In this document: positions 52,481 through 61,319 of the stretch, one piece after another | Layout: each line of letters begins with the position of its first letter | Position numbering within the stretch: the stretch's first letter is position 1 | From: an uncultured delta proteobacterium | GTDB lineage: Bacteria; Desulfobacterota; Syntrophobacteria; Syntrophobacterales; Syntrophobacteraceae | Direction: 5' to 3' | DNA: 64,000 bases | Assembly: GCA_963808625.1 (NCBI GenBank) | Contig: CAWEHK010000035.1 | Span: 1 to 64,000, forward strand | Notes under the pieces: generated by a model | The model's database searches: none | What the model was told of the DNA's origin: nothing | The model's input: only the letters and a program-made list of their open reading frames with translations | Translations under genes and position numbers: made by a program

Positions 52481-55228
52481 ATGAACGTTTTGAAGCCAGA
52501 TCTGCAAGTGACAATCAAGACATTGCTGGGTAAGGGTCTGAGTCAACGGGAGATCGAACGAAAGACGGGGATCGATCGAAAGACCATCCGGAGGTATGAT
52601 CAGTCAACCAGTTTGATGGGGTTGCAAGAAAGTGAGCATTCAAAATCCCCCACTGAGCAAGATGTGGCCACCGGGTCGGGAAAGCCATCGGTGGACAATC
52701 CCCCATCCTGGCCACCGGCTCAGAAACCAGACTTCCCCAAGCATGTTCGTTCCGCCTGTGAAACGCATCGGGAGTGGATCCAGGAGCAGGTGAAGCTGGG
52801 CCGTAATGCCATGGCCATCTACCAGGATCTGGTGGAACTGTTCGGTTTCAATCACCGCTACAACAGCGTGAAGCGGTTTGTGCGGGGGCTCAAAAGACAA
52901 GACCCTCAGCAGTATGACCGGCTGGAATTCTTGATGGGAGAAGAAGCCCAGGTGGATTATGGGCTGGGCGCACCGACTCTTCATAGCAGTGGGAAGTATC
53001 GGCGCCCCCGTCTGTTCATCATGACGTTGAAGTATTCAGGGCGTGCCTTTCGTAAAGTTGTATGGCGATCGAGCAAGGAAACGTGGGCCAAGCTGCATGA
53101 GGAAGCCTTCCGCTATCTTACGGGGTGCCCCCAATATGTCACCCTGGACAATCTCAAGGAAGGCGTGATCAAGCCGGACATCTATGAACCGGACCTCAAT
53201 CCTCTCTATGCCGCCATGTTGGAGCACTACAAGGTGGTGGCGGACCCGGCGAGGGTCAGCGACTCGGACCGCAAGGGAACGGTGGAAAATGCTGTGAAAC
53301 ACACGCAGAACACCGCCCTGAAAGGACGCAAATTCGGCAGCATCGAGGCCCAGAATGAATGGTTGTTGCACTGGGAAAGTCGCTGGGCATCGCTGCGGAT
53401 CCATGGCCGGGCCAAACGCCAGGTAGAGGAAATGTTTCAGGAAGAGAAACCCTATCTGACGGAACTGCCCCTGAGGCCGTTTCGCTATTTTCAGCAGGAG
53501 ACCCGGACGGTCTACGATGACGGGACGATCCAGGTGGGCAACTCCTACTATGCGGCGAGTCCCGCTCCGTTAGGCAGTGAGGTGATGGTGCGGATCTTCG
53601 ATGAAGAAATCGAGATTCTCGATCCTCGCCGGATGGAGGTCATTCGTCGACATCCAAAGAGTATGCGGGCGGGTTCCTTGATGATGGAACCCGGGGACCG
53701 GATCTTCAATCCGTCTCGGGAAACGGACCGACTCTTGGCCCAGGCCGAAGCCATCGGCCCGCACACCTTCGGCTTGTGCGAGCAATGGTTTAACGAAGAA
53801 GGGCGCAGCGGCCAACGCCGGATGTATGGCCTGGTTAATCTGGTTCGGCATTACCCGGCCGACACCGTGGAGAAAGCGGCAGAACTGGCCAGACACAATG
53901 GACTGAGAAGCTCCAAAGCCTTGCGGCGGATGGTGGAGAGCATGGCCGCGGAAGCCGGGGAAAGGAAGGTCGAACCATCCGAAGGGCTCACGCAAGACCA
54001 TCCCTTGATTCGCTCGGGTGAAGACTACGCCGCCTTCTGGGATCAGCATGCCGCCCAAGCGGCGCCTGAGGCCGGAGCCGTCCCAAAGGAGAGCATTCCC
54101 TCCAGATCGCCCATCATCTGCCGGGAGCAACTGCCCCAAATCTGGCGGCAAGCAAGTTGGCTGAAGGTGATCGAGGTCTTTCAACTGAGTGTAGACCACA
54201 AGCGCCGCCGCCGAGACGATGAAATCTGGCTCAAATCACCGTTTACGCTTGAGGAGCAGGCCTCAATGCACGTCAGTTTATCGGCAAACATCTACAAGGA
54301 TTTCAGCAGCGGCAAAGGCGGCGGGATCATGCAATTCTGCCGGGAGATGCTGCGCCGGCAGGGTCGGGAAATGACCATGTTCGAAGCAGCGCAATGGATG
54401 GTAGCCGAAGGAATCTCCACGGCGAAGCCCGAAACCTTCCGTGCACACGGCGAGCGGCCGCAGCCAGAGGCAACAGGCCATCCCCTGGTCTCCAATCACA
54501 TCAATCGCGCCATCGAAGTCGATCTGCGCCGTTATCTGCGCCCGGATCATCCCGAATGGCGTCGTCGGGGCATATCCGCTGGCACCTGCCGCTACCTGGG
54601 CTGTGGGTATTTGCCAAAGCTTGCCAGGGGAAGTGCGGCCTCTCCCCTCAACTCCAGGTTAGTGTTCCAGATTCGCGGCCTGAGAGAAAACGGCCATGAT
54701 CTTCAGGCGATTATCCTGAGTCATAGCGGACGGGCACTCTCCCGTGAACAAGAAGACGCGGATGGAAAATACTGGAGCTATCCGTTCCGGAAAGGTTGGG
54801 AAATCTACAATCAGGATCAGCTTCTGTTAGATGCGGAAGCTCGCCGTCAAGCAAACACTTTTGGCCTGGTTCTGGTGGAGGGGTTTTTTGATGTGGCCAA
54901 GCTGGTGGAAGCAGGTTGCCGGAACGCCGGCGCCTTGATGGGCACACACCTCTCCGGGGAACAGATCGAGCGGTTGGCGTGGCTTCGTTCCCGCATCCGG
55001 TTCCCTCGGATCGTGTTGTTTCTGGACCGGGACCAGGCTGGGCGCAACGGAGCCCGGCAGATACGCGAGCGACTTCGGGGTCACCACTTCGAGGTGAACG
55101 TGTTTGACTGGGATCGGAACATCTCCTGGAATGGTAAACACCTTGAGCCGATCCCGGACGCTATCCAAGACCCGGCCGACATGCCGGTGGAACAACTTCA
55201 GCAGTTGCGCAGGGAAGGCATCATTTAA
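52481..55228 (+). CDS. istA: IS21-family transposase IstA fused to a DnaG-type primase (TOPRIM) domain
   Basis: HTH 'SQREIERKTGIDRKTIRRY'; DDE 'QVDYG','LDNLKEG','KGTVENAV'; then 'SPF..EEQASMHV..YKDFSSGKGG','RLVFQI','VEGFFD','ALMGT','LFLDRDQAG','DPAD'. Confidence 0.88.
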   Translation: MNVLKPDLQVTIKTLLGKGLSQREIERKTGIDRKTIRRYDQSTSLMGLQESEHSKSPTEQDVATGSGKPSVDNPPSWPPAQKPDFPKHVRSACETHREWIQEQVKLGRNAMAIYQDLVELFGFNHRYNSVKRFVRGLKRQDPQQYDRLEFLMGEEAQVDYGLGAPTLHSSGKYRRPRLFIMTLKYSGRAFRKVVWRSSKETWAKLHEEAFRYLTGCPQYVTLDNLKEGVIKPDIYEPDLNPLYAAMLEHYKVVADPARVSDSDRKGTVENAVKHTQNTALKGRKFGSIEAQNEWLLHWESRWASLRIHGRAKRQVEEMFQEEKPYLTELPLRPFRYFQQETRTVYDDGTIQVGNSYYAASPAPLGSEVMVRIFDEEIEILDPRRMEVIRRHPKSMRAGSLMMEPGDRIFNPSRETDRLLAQAEAIGPHTFGLCEQWFNEEGRSGQRRMYGLVNLVRHYPADTVEKAAELARHNGLRSSKALRRMVESMAAEAGERKVEPSEGLTQDHPLIRSGEDYAAFWDQHAAQAAPEAGAVPKESIPSRSPIICREQLPQIWRQASWLKVIEVFQLSVDHKRRRRDDEIWLKSPFTLEEQASMHVSLSANIYKDFSSGKGGGIMQFCREMLRRQGREMTMFEAAQWMVAEGISTAKPETFRAHGERPQPEATGHPLVSNHINRAIEVDLRRYLRPDHPEWRRRGISAGTCRYLGCGYLPKLARGSAASPLNSRLVFQIRGLRENGHDLQAIILSHSGRALSREQEDADGKYWSYPFRKGWEIYNQDQLLLDAEARRQANTFGLVLVEGFFDVAKLVEAGCRNAGALMGTHLSGEQIERLAWLRSRIRFPRIVLFLDRDQAGRNGARQIRERLRGHHFEVNVFDWDRNISWNGKHLEPIPDAIQDPADMPVEQLQQLRREGII

Positions 55229-55272
55229 AAAAAGTAATCACCGGATGAAAAAGAAAACAAGGAGCCAAACCG

Positions 55273-56073
55273 ATGGACATGCCGAACGCAGAAATCCAAA
55301 GACATCTTGGGGCGCTTCGCCTCCATGGTATGAAAGCCACCCTGGAGCCCCGACTCATTCAGGCCAATCAGGGCGCTTCCTTTATAGAGATGTTTGCCTG
55401 CCTGGTGCAAGATGAGCTCGATTGGCGGAGCTCAAGGCTTACTGAAACCCGCTTCAAGGCCTCCGGTCTCACAGAGCGACCCACTCTGACGGAATTCGAT
55501 TGGGGCTTCAATCCGAAACTGCCCAAGAAGGAAATCTATGAACTGGTCAGCGGCAAGTTCATTCGAGACGGCGATGACGCCCTGCTGATCGGGGCGCCGG
55601 GAACGGGCAAATCCCATATCGCCAAAACGGTGGCCCACTCCGCCATCCAGACCGGCTATAAAGTCGTGTATCGGGAAGCTCACACCTTCTTCGAAGACCT
55701 CTTCGAAGCCACTCAGCTCAAACGGAGAAAAAAGATGACCAAGCTCTTCTCCGAAGCAGATCTCTTGGTCATCGACGACTTGTTCCTGCGAAAGAAAGTC
55801 AACGATCACGCTACCGACGATTTGCTCGATATTATTCTGAATCGCTATTCCTCCAGGAAAAGTTCGATGATAACCTCAAATCGACCCCTGGAGGACTGGG
55901 GAAAACTCCTTTACGACAATGCCGCCTCCTCGGTCATCCTGTACCGCCTCCTTCACCGGGGCCATCTGCTCAAGTTCGAAGGCAAAAGTTATCGCCTCAA
56001 GGAGGCATCGATCCGGTTGACGGAAAACAAACGAAAATCTCTGGATGAAAAAGGAATAAGCTTGGATCTCTGA
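55273..56073 (+). CDS. istB: IS21-family AAA+ helper ATPase IstB
   Basis: 'FDWGFNP','GAPGTGKSH','LLVIDD','ITSNRP','GKSYRL'. Confidence 0.93.
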   Translation: MDMPNAEIQRHLGALRLHGMKATLEPRLIQANQGASFIEMFACLVQDELDWRSSRLTETRFKASGLTERPTLTEFDWGFNPKLPKKEIYELVSGKFIRDGDDALLIGAPGTGKSHIAKTVAHSAIQTGYKVVYREAHTFFEDLFEATQLKRRKKMTKLFSEADLLVIDDLFLRKKVNDHATDDLLDIILNRYSSRKSSMITSNRPLEDWGKLLYDNAASSVILYRLLHRGHLLKFEGKSYRLKEASIRLTENKRKSLDEKGISLDL

Positions 56074-56132
56074 GCAGATTAACGGTAGGTTATTTCTCTA
56101 CTGTCGCCGAAGCACTTCGACCCGACTACAGG

Positions 56133-56185
56133 GTGGGGGATTTTGACCCGGCCACAAGTGGGGGATTTTCAAGTGGCCATCCGGG
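56133..56185. mobile_element. Right end of the IS21-like element with tandem putative transposase-binding motifs
   Basis: gtgggggattttga cccggccacaa gtgggggattttca agtggccatccggg; the integrase frame breaks here. Confidence 0.75.
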
Positions 56186-56758
56186 CTTCTGGTTGTCCAA
56201 TCTGGGCATCTTGACCGAAGCGACTGGGTTTTCACCCAGATAGATCTTCCAGAGTTTTGCTAGATTATATAGACGATTCATGAGGACGATCTGATGCTTT
56301 ATAGTGGCCTCAGTGAAAGGCCTACCGTGAATATTCTTACCCTCCTTCAGCTCTGTTTTCATTCTTTCGATATCGGGACCAGTAATTGAGTCCAGGCGCA
56401 TTTTCCCGAATCGGGGTTCAAGGTGAGCCCTGTAGTTGTATTCATCACACTTCCAAGTCTTTTTATTGTGTTTAGCCCAAATTAGGTACTGTTCCAACAG
56501 ATCATTGAGCTTCGGGCTTAGATTTACCCTATGGTGGGAGATGTCGTACTCAGCCCTGACAAGGTCACCCTTTATTGCAGCTTCAGTCTCTCTGGCAATG
56601 GTGAGATTATCGACCATCCGGTTTACGCGCTTGCCCTTTACGCTGACACATACCCTGTATTTTTTCTCCCTCCCAAAAATCATGCCACAGAACGGGCATA
56701 TCTTGGAATCAATCGCGACCGAGGACCTGCACTTTGTACAATAAATTTGGATAGCCAC
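56186..56758 (-). pseudogene. N-terminal half of a tyrosine integrase (Zn ribbon + SAM-like core-binding domain) cut by the IS21 element
   Basis: 'CTKC..CPFC','YLIWAKHNKKTW','HLEPRFG..RLDSIT','ATIKHQI..MNRLYNLA..W...NPV'; no catalytic R-H-R-Y part. Confidence 0.8.
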
Positions 56759-56939
56759 GACTCACCCCTGTTCATCCGCAAGATAAAGTTCAAATCTGAG
56801 TTTTACGCGCACATTACGCGCACGGATGCAGCAAAACTAAGCTCAAATTATCGCAGAAAGTAGAACGACTTTAATAGGTAACATTATGACTTGTCAACAA
56901 TAATATGATATAGTGTTAAAAGAGAAAAAGGATATTCGG

Positions 56940-56988
56940 TTGAATGGCATTCAAGAGGTCGTCGGTTCGATCCCGTCCATTTCCACCA
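56940..56988 (+). tRNA. 3' fragment of tRNA-Ala(GGC); probable att core, not a full gene
   Basis: Anticodon arm ttgaa-tggca-ttcaa, T-loop ggttcgatccc, 3' tccacca; D-arm and 5' acceptor strand absent. Confidence 0.8.
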
Positions 56989-56993
56989 GGAAA

Positions 56994-57030
56994 AATAAAG
57001 GCTTAGGAAGGTTGCTCCTAAGCCTTTATT
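56994..57030. terminator. Hairpin, probable bidirectional terminator
   Basis: aataaaggcttagga-aggttgc-tcctaagcctttatt. Confidence 0.7.
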
Positions 57031-57578
57031 GCTGTGGATGACTTTTGGGATGACTTTTTGATCCGAGGTGGTGTTTTGACACCTAAATAGTTCTGTTCGC
57101 AGGTACGATCCTTCACAACTTCTATGGGGAAACCGTTAGACCGTACGGTAGCATAGACATCGATTCCACATGCCTCCATTGAAGGTTTTGCATCCTCAGC
57201 ATGGATGCACTCTCTCATGGTGCATTCTTTACAAAGCCGACAAGGCCCTGCACCGAGTGCCAAAGCTTTGTAGAAGCCACTGAGAAAGATTTCTCTTTCC
57301 AGCTTAGCGACAATCTTGCTTGGTTTCACTTTCCCATTACAGTGAACAAGGAGAGCCCGTTTGTACCCGTCCAGGACTTCTCTCATCATTTGAGGCGTAG
57401 GGGTGTTCGGTGGGCAACAAAGACTTGTGTTATACCCGCCACAGCCGAATTGACATTTGAGACGAACCCAAGGAGCGGTAACCACGGTCTGAGGGCTAAT
57501 AACCTTTGCCCCTGTGGCCCCGAAAGCCTTTGCTTTGGCAAGAAACTCATCAATATCTGCCAATCTTTCATCTTCCAC
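57018..57578 (-). CDS. DUF2284 metal-binding protein
   Basis: 'WVRLKCQFGC','CCPP','GPCRLCKEC','PSMEACGIDVYAT'. Confidence 0.85.
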   Translation of the reverse strand: MEDERLADIDEFLAKAKAFGATGAKVISPQTVVTAPWVRLKCQFGCGGYNTSLCCPPNTPTPQMMREVLDGYKRALLVHCNGKVKPSKIVAKLEREIFLSGFYKALALGAGPCRLCKECTMRECIHAEDAKPSMEACGIDVYATVRSNGFPIEVVKDRTCEQNYLGVKTPPRIKKSSQKSSTAIKA

Positions 57579-57735
57579 TGTCTATCCTCCTACCGAAACC
57601 CCAAACCGATTTGTCTTCTCTGTCAATGAACTCGACCAGTTGATGGTGGCGACTTTGTGGGCTGGCAACGATAATGGCTCATCGGTGTCGGGTTTGGTCA
57701 GCGTTGCCATTGCAGGCAGTCTTATTCAATGGTTT

Positions 57736-57933
57736 TCAGTCTGCTCCAGTGCTCTGACAGTGGGGGCAATCGATTTTTCCATCACCCTCGCACTGTCTGC
57801 ACGGCCGGGGTAATGGCAAAGTCTGCCATTCGCCGAGTGTTCCTGGTGGAAGATGGACAGTGCCAACACCCCGGCACTCATCGCATTTAATGGTTCCTGA
57901 ACCTTGACAAGATGGACAGTCTGTTGTCTTCAT
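57736..57933 (-). CDS. Small DnaJ-type Cys-rich zinc-finger protein
   Basis: Four CxxCxGxG-like repeats. Confidence 0.6.
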   Translation of the reverse strand: MKTTDCPSCQGSGTIKCDECRGVGTVHLPPGTLGEWQTLPLPRPCRQCEGDGKIDCPHCQSTGAD

Positions 57934-58001
57934 TGATGGTTCCCTGGATGGGTGTGATCGTGCAGCCACTCAGCAAGGCTCACATCCGTCATTCAGTGGC
58001 G

Positions 58002-58322
58002 CTACTTCTGTCGGCCTGGGACCGGCGGTTTATCTTCTTCTCGATTGACCTTCTGCCTCAATATCGTTGAGCACTTGAATGTGACCACTTTGCGCGGATC
58101 AAGCGTCATTGGCTCTCCACTTTGAGGGTTTCGTCCACGGCGTTGATGCTTCTCTCTGATGGAGAATTTGCCAAAGCCGCTGATGAGCACATCATCACCC
58201 TCTGTCAGAGATTGCTTGATTCGTTCGAAGAGCGTCTCGATGATCTGGGCCGATTCACCCTTCGTGAACAGATTCTGCGCGAATAGATTTTCTACAATAT
58301 GAGCTTTGGTCAGCGTTGCCAC
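58002..58322 (-). CDS. ihfA: Integration host factor alpha-like protein
   Basis: 'TLTKAHI','VLISGFGKF','RRGRNPQSGE','RKVVTFK'. Confidence 0.85.
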   Translation of the reverse strand: MATLTKAHIVENLFAQNLFTKGESAQIIETLFERIKQSLTEGDDVLISGFGKFSIREKHQRRGRNPQSGEPMTLDPRKVVTFKCSTILRQKVNREEDKPPVPGRQK

Positions 58323-58379
58323 GTTATCCCTTTCAATTCCGTTTGACCGTCTGGAACCAAGCCAGGATCATTTTGCGCG

Positions 58380-58955
58380 TCATCTCATAAAAATCCCAAT
58401 GAATTTGAGGTAGCTGCAATCATCTCTCGGATCATGGTGAGTCCTGACAGAATCCAGTACCCGGTAGAGGCACTTCAATCTTGTGATCAGAGTCTCAGTC
58501 TCTGCAAATGATTCGCGAAATGCAAGAATGTCATTGATGCCGTCAACAATGCCCTGAACGTTGGGTGGCAATTCGGTGAGAAACCTTGAGGGTAGGTCCA
58601 ATTGCGCCTTGCCCATTTCCAGCAGGTACACGAGTGCCGTCTCCACGTGCCTGTCGGTGATGTTCCCCCGCTCCCTATAGTTCTTACTGATCACAAACTC
58701 AATGTTCTGCAATACGTCGGCATAGGGGTCTTCGTTGCCGATGATGGATTTCATTTCCCGCTCAAAATCCGATAGCTTCTCTGCTTCCTGGCGGTCGGTA
58801 AAATACTCCTTGGACTTACCCAAGTAAAAGCAGTCTGGAGGGCAAACTATCTCTTTCTGCCTTTTCGTTCCGCAACACTGAGGGCAAATGGCAGCTCCCA
58901 ATGAAGGGCAGTTTCGTTTTCCTTTCCTTGCAGCACAAGATCCGCATTTTGCCAT
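58380..58955 (-). CDS. Hypothetical protein with Cys-rich N-terminus
   Basis: 'CGSC..RKGKRNCP...ICPQCCG...CPPDCFYL'. Confidence 0.65.
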   Translation of the reverse strand: MAKCGSCAARKGKRNCPSLGAAICPQCCGTKRQKEIVCPPDCFYLGKSKEYFTDRQEAEKLSDFEREMKSIIGNEDPYADVLQNIEFVISKNYRERGNITDRHVETALVYLLEMGKAQLDLPSRFLTELPPNVQGIVDGINDILAFRESFAETETLITRLKCLYRVLDSVRTHHDPRDDCSYLKFIGIFMR

Positions 58956-59033
58956 CGGCTAACCCCTCTTTGAGTCTCGAATGCCTATAGTCTCCGGTTG
59001 ATCGGTGAAGGGATTGGGAGAATCCATCTCATG

Positions 59034-59967
59034 TTACCCAAACCGTTCTCTCAAGATATCCATGAACTCAGGCTCCAGAGCATCGATGACCTGGATAACG
59101 CTTTCTGGATCAGCCATGTATCCTTTCTCATTAAGGAACCTGTAGAAGAATTTCAATGTTGGCGGAAAGGTGACATACTCGTGCGGCTCCGCGATCAACT
59201 TTCGCAAGAGGTAATCAAAAAGGAACTCCTCGAAGTAGGCTGGTGGAACGGAACGCAGGATGACCGGATCGTCGTGACTGTAAAGGTAGATGAAATTCAG
59301 GAACAACTCCAAATTGGATGCAAAGGCCCCGCTCTGTTCTGTTGCCCCCTTCTCGTGAAGCCATTTTTCAAAGCGATCCGCCACATCTTTTTCCATCGAG
59401 AAGTAGAAACTCTCCCATTCGTCATATTCCGCACCGTCAATAATGTACTTATCCATCCTCTTTATCTTCTCGATGGCGGCTTGGTCATGCTCATCAGATG
59501 GTATCGGTGCTGATAAAAAGCTGATGTTGCCGTAATGAAAAGGGGCGATGAGGTGAGAGACATCTTTCCTCATAAACATGACTAAGGGATTCTGAGATCG
59601 GACATCTTTTGGAAATAGAAACTGTTTTCTCTCGATCATCCTTTGAAATAGCTCCTTTGCCTCGTCATCGTTCATCTTGAAAAGAGCCTGCATGCTATTC
59701 AGGATGTCGCCTTTCCTTTCCTCCAGGTTGTCAAAAGCCCTACCCTGCAACGTGGCCTCAAAATTCCAGATGGCGTTGACAATCCCGAAAACCTCATTCA
59801 GTGCTTGATGGCTGTCTCCCGCATCTTTCATGAGAGGTTTTGCAAATTCCATCAGGGCTTGAGTGATAGAGACAGCACGGAATCCGTGTGGTGCTTCCAT
59901 ATGTTTTTCATTCCTTTGACTTAGCACGTTTTCTCTCCCTCGCTTTCTTGTCTTTCTTCTTAGCCAT
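59034..59967 (-). CDS. Hypothetical protein (probable 5' frameshift)
   Basis: 297-aa ORF; upstream MAKKKDKK start with RBS in another frame. Confidence 0.6.
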
Positions 59968-60376
59968 AGAGTCTCCCCACCCTTGGACGATAAATGAATT
60001 GTTTCAGCGCAAAAAGGATGTCAGGATACCGGAACTGAGGGTGGAACATCAAGAAGAGATCCGAAATGATTGTCGCAGAGAGGCATTAACGAGCACATTG
60101 GTATTCTGTCTATGGAATCTCGATGATCCGATAGGAAAAGGGGCCGTCGCTCCAATCAGTGGAGATTGACCATGAACTTTGAAAGAGCTACCGTTTTCAA
60201 GCTCCTGGAGCAAACCATTGGTATCCGAATCAAGATCATTTCCAACGATTACCACGAAATCCCCGGGTACGGAGACCACATCAACACCCACCAACCGATC
60301 GTTTTTCAAGTCAAGGAAGAGGAGCCCGATGATTGGGCTTTCGGGGTTCTGTTCTGCCTTTCATTGATGTCATTTA

Positions 60377-60945
60377 CTGAAGTTTCGCACACCATCTGGG
60401 AGCTTTAGGTGATGGCAAGTAGCTGACATATCGTCATTTTTGGCGGTAAGGCAGCCCCAAATGCAGTAGTGTTGATTTTGCTAAGTCATCACAACTACAC
60501 AAAAAAAGGAGCTGCCATGAAGAAGAATATCGTATTTTCTCTCTCCCTTCAAAAGGAAATCGAGAAACGCCAGCTCAATATGGAATCAGAGGTGAACAAA
60601 TCCATGAGTGAGCTGGGGATAAGGACCTTACTGCATCAGTCCGGCATCCAAAAGGAGAAGGGTTACTCAACCGTTACTCTGCTCTTTGCTCTGATCGTTC
60701 TGCCCGTGATCAGGCAATCCCTTTCAGCGCTATGGTCTGGGCAGTTTTTTGAGAACCTCATCCAAGCTCACAAGGACACTTACTACCGGTTTTTGAATTA
60801 CCCGTGCTTCAATCCTTCTTGTCCAAATGATCCAGAGGTGCTGGCAAAATGGGATCAGTGCCCGCTTTGCCCTCTTTGATTCCTGGTTTGCCTCAGACAA
60901 GGTCATCTCCAAGATCCTTGACTTTGGTTATGGCGTCATCTGTCG
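60377..60945 (+). pseudogene. Internally deleted IS4-superfamily transposase remnant with candidate left end
   Basis: End-like ctgaagtttcgcac; 'KDTYYRFLN' jumps to 'ALFDSWFAS' within ~100 bp; ends at a REP. Confidence 0.65.
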
Positions 60946-61319
60946 GCCGACGCGAAAGCCGCAATCCAGGTTTTCCGTGGGGTTCTGGACCCCGGCTTCC
61001 GCCGGGGTGACGATATGAGCCAGTTATGAGATAGTTACTAAGGCCACTTGGGCGATGGTAATGGTATTACTGCCTTTCATGGGAGCCATCTGCTGGCTCC
61101 TTTTTGGCCGCACGAAGGCATGGGGCACGGTGGCCGGTACACAATGTGTTTAATGTTCCGGGCACTTGGTTCGCTCTGCTGTGGCCCGGTTTCGCCCTCA
61201 CTTGGAAGCCCTATGCTTCGCCATTCTTTGCAATTCCTATAGGCCGAACGATATGTGGACGCCACTATGGGATTTTCATTCCGAGCCTCAGAGAGAAAGA
61301 GTGGGTATCCTTTATGTCC

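Noticed and set aside
56940..56988. Functional tRNA-Ala gene
   Set aside because: 5' acceptor strand and D-arm are absent; upstream DNA is AT-rich and unrelated.
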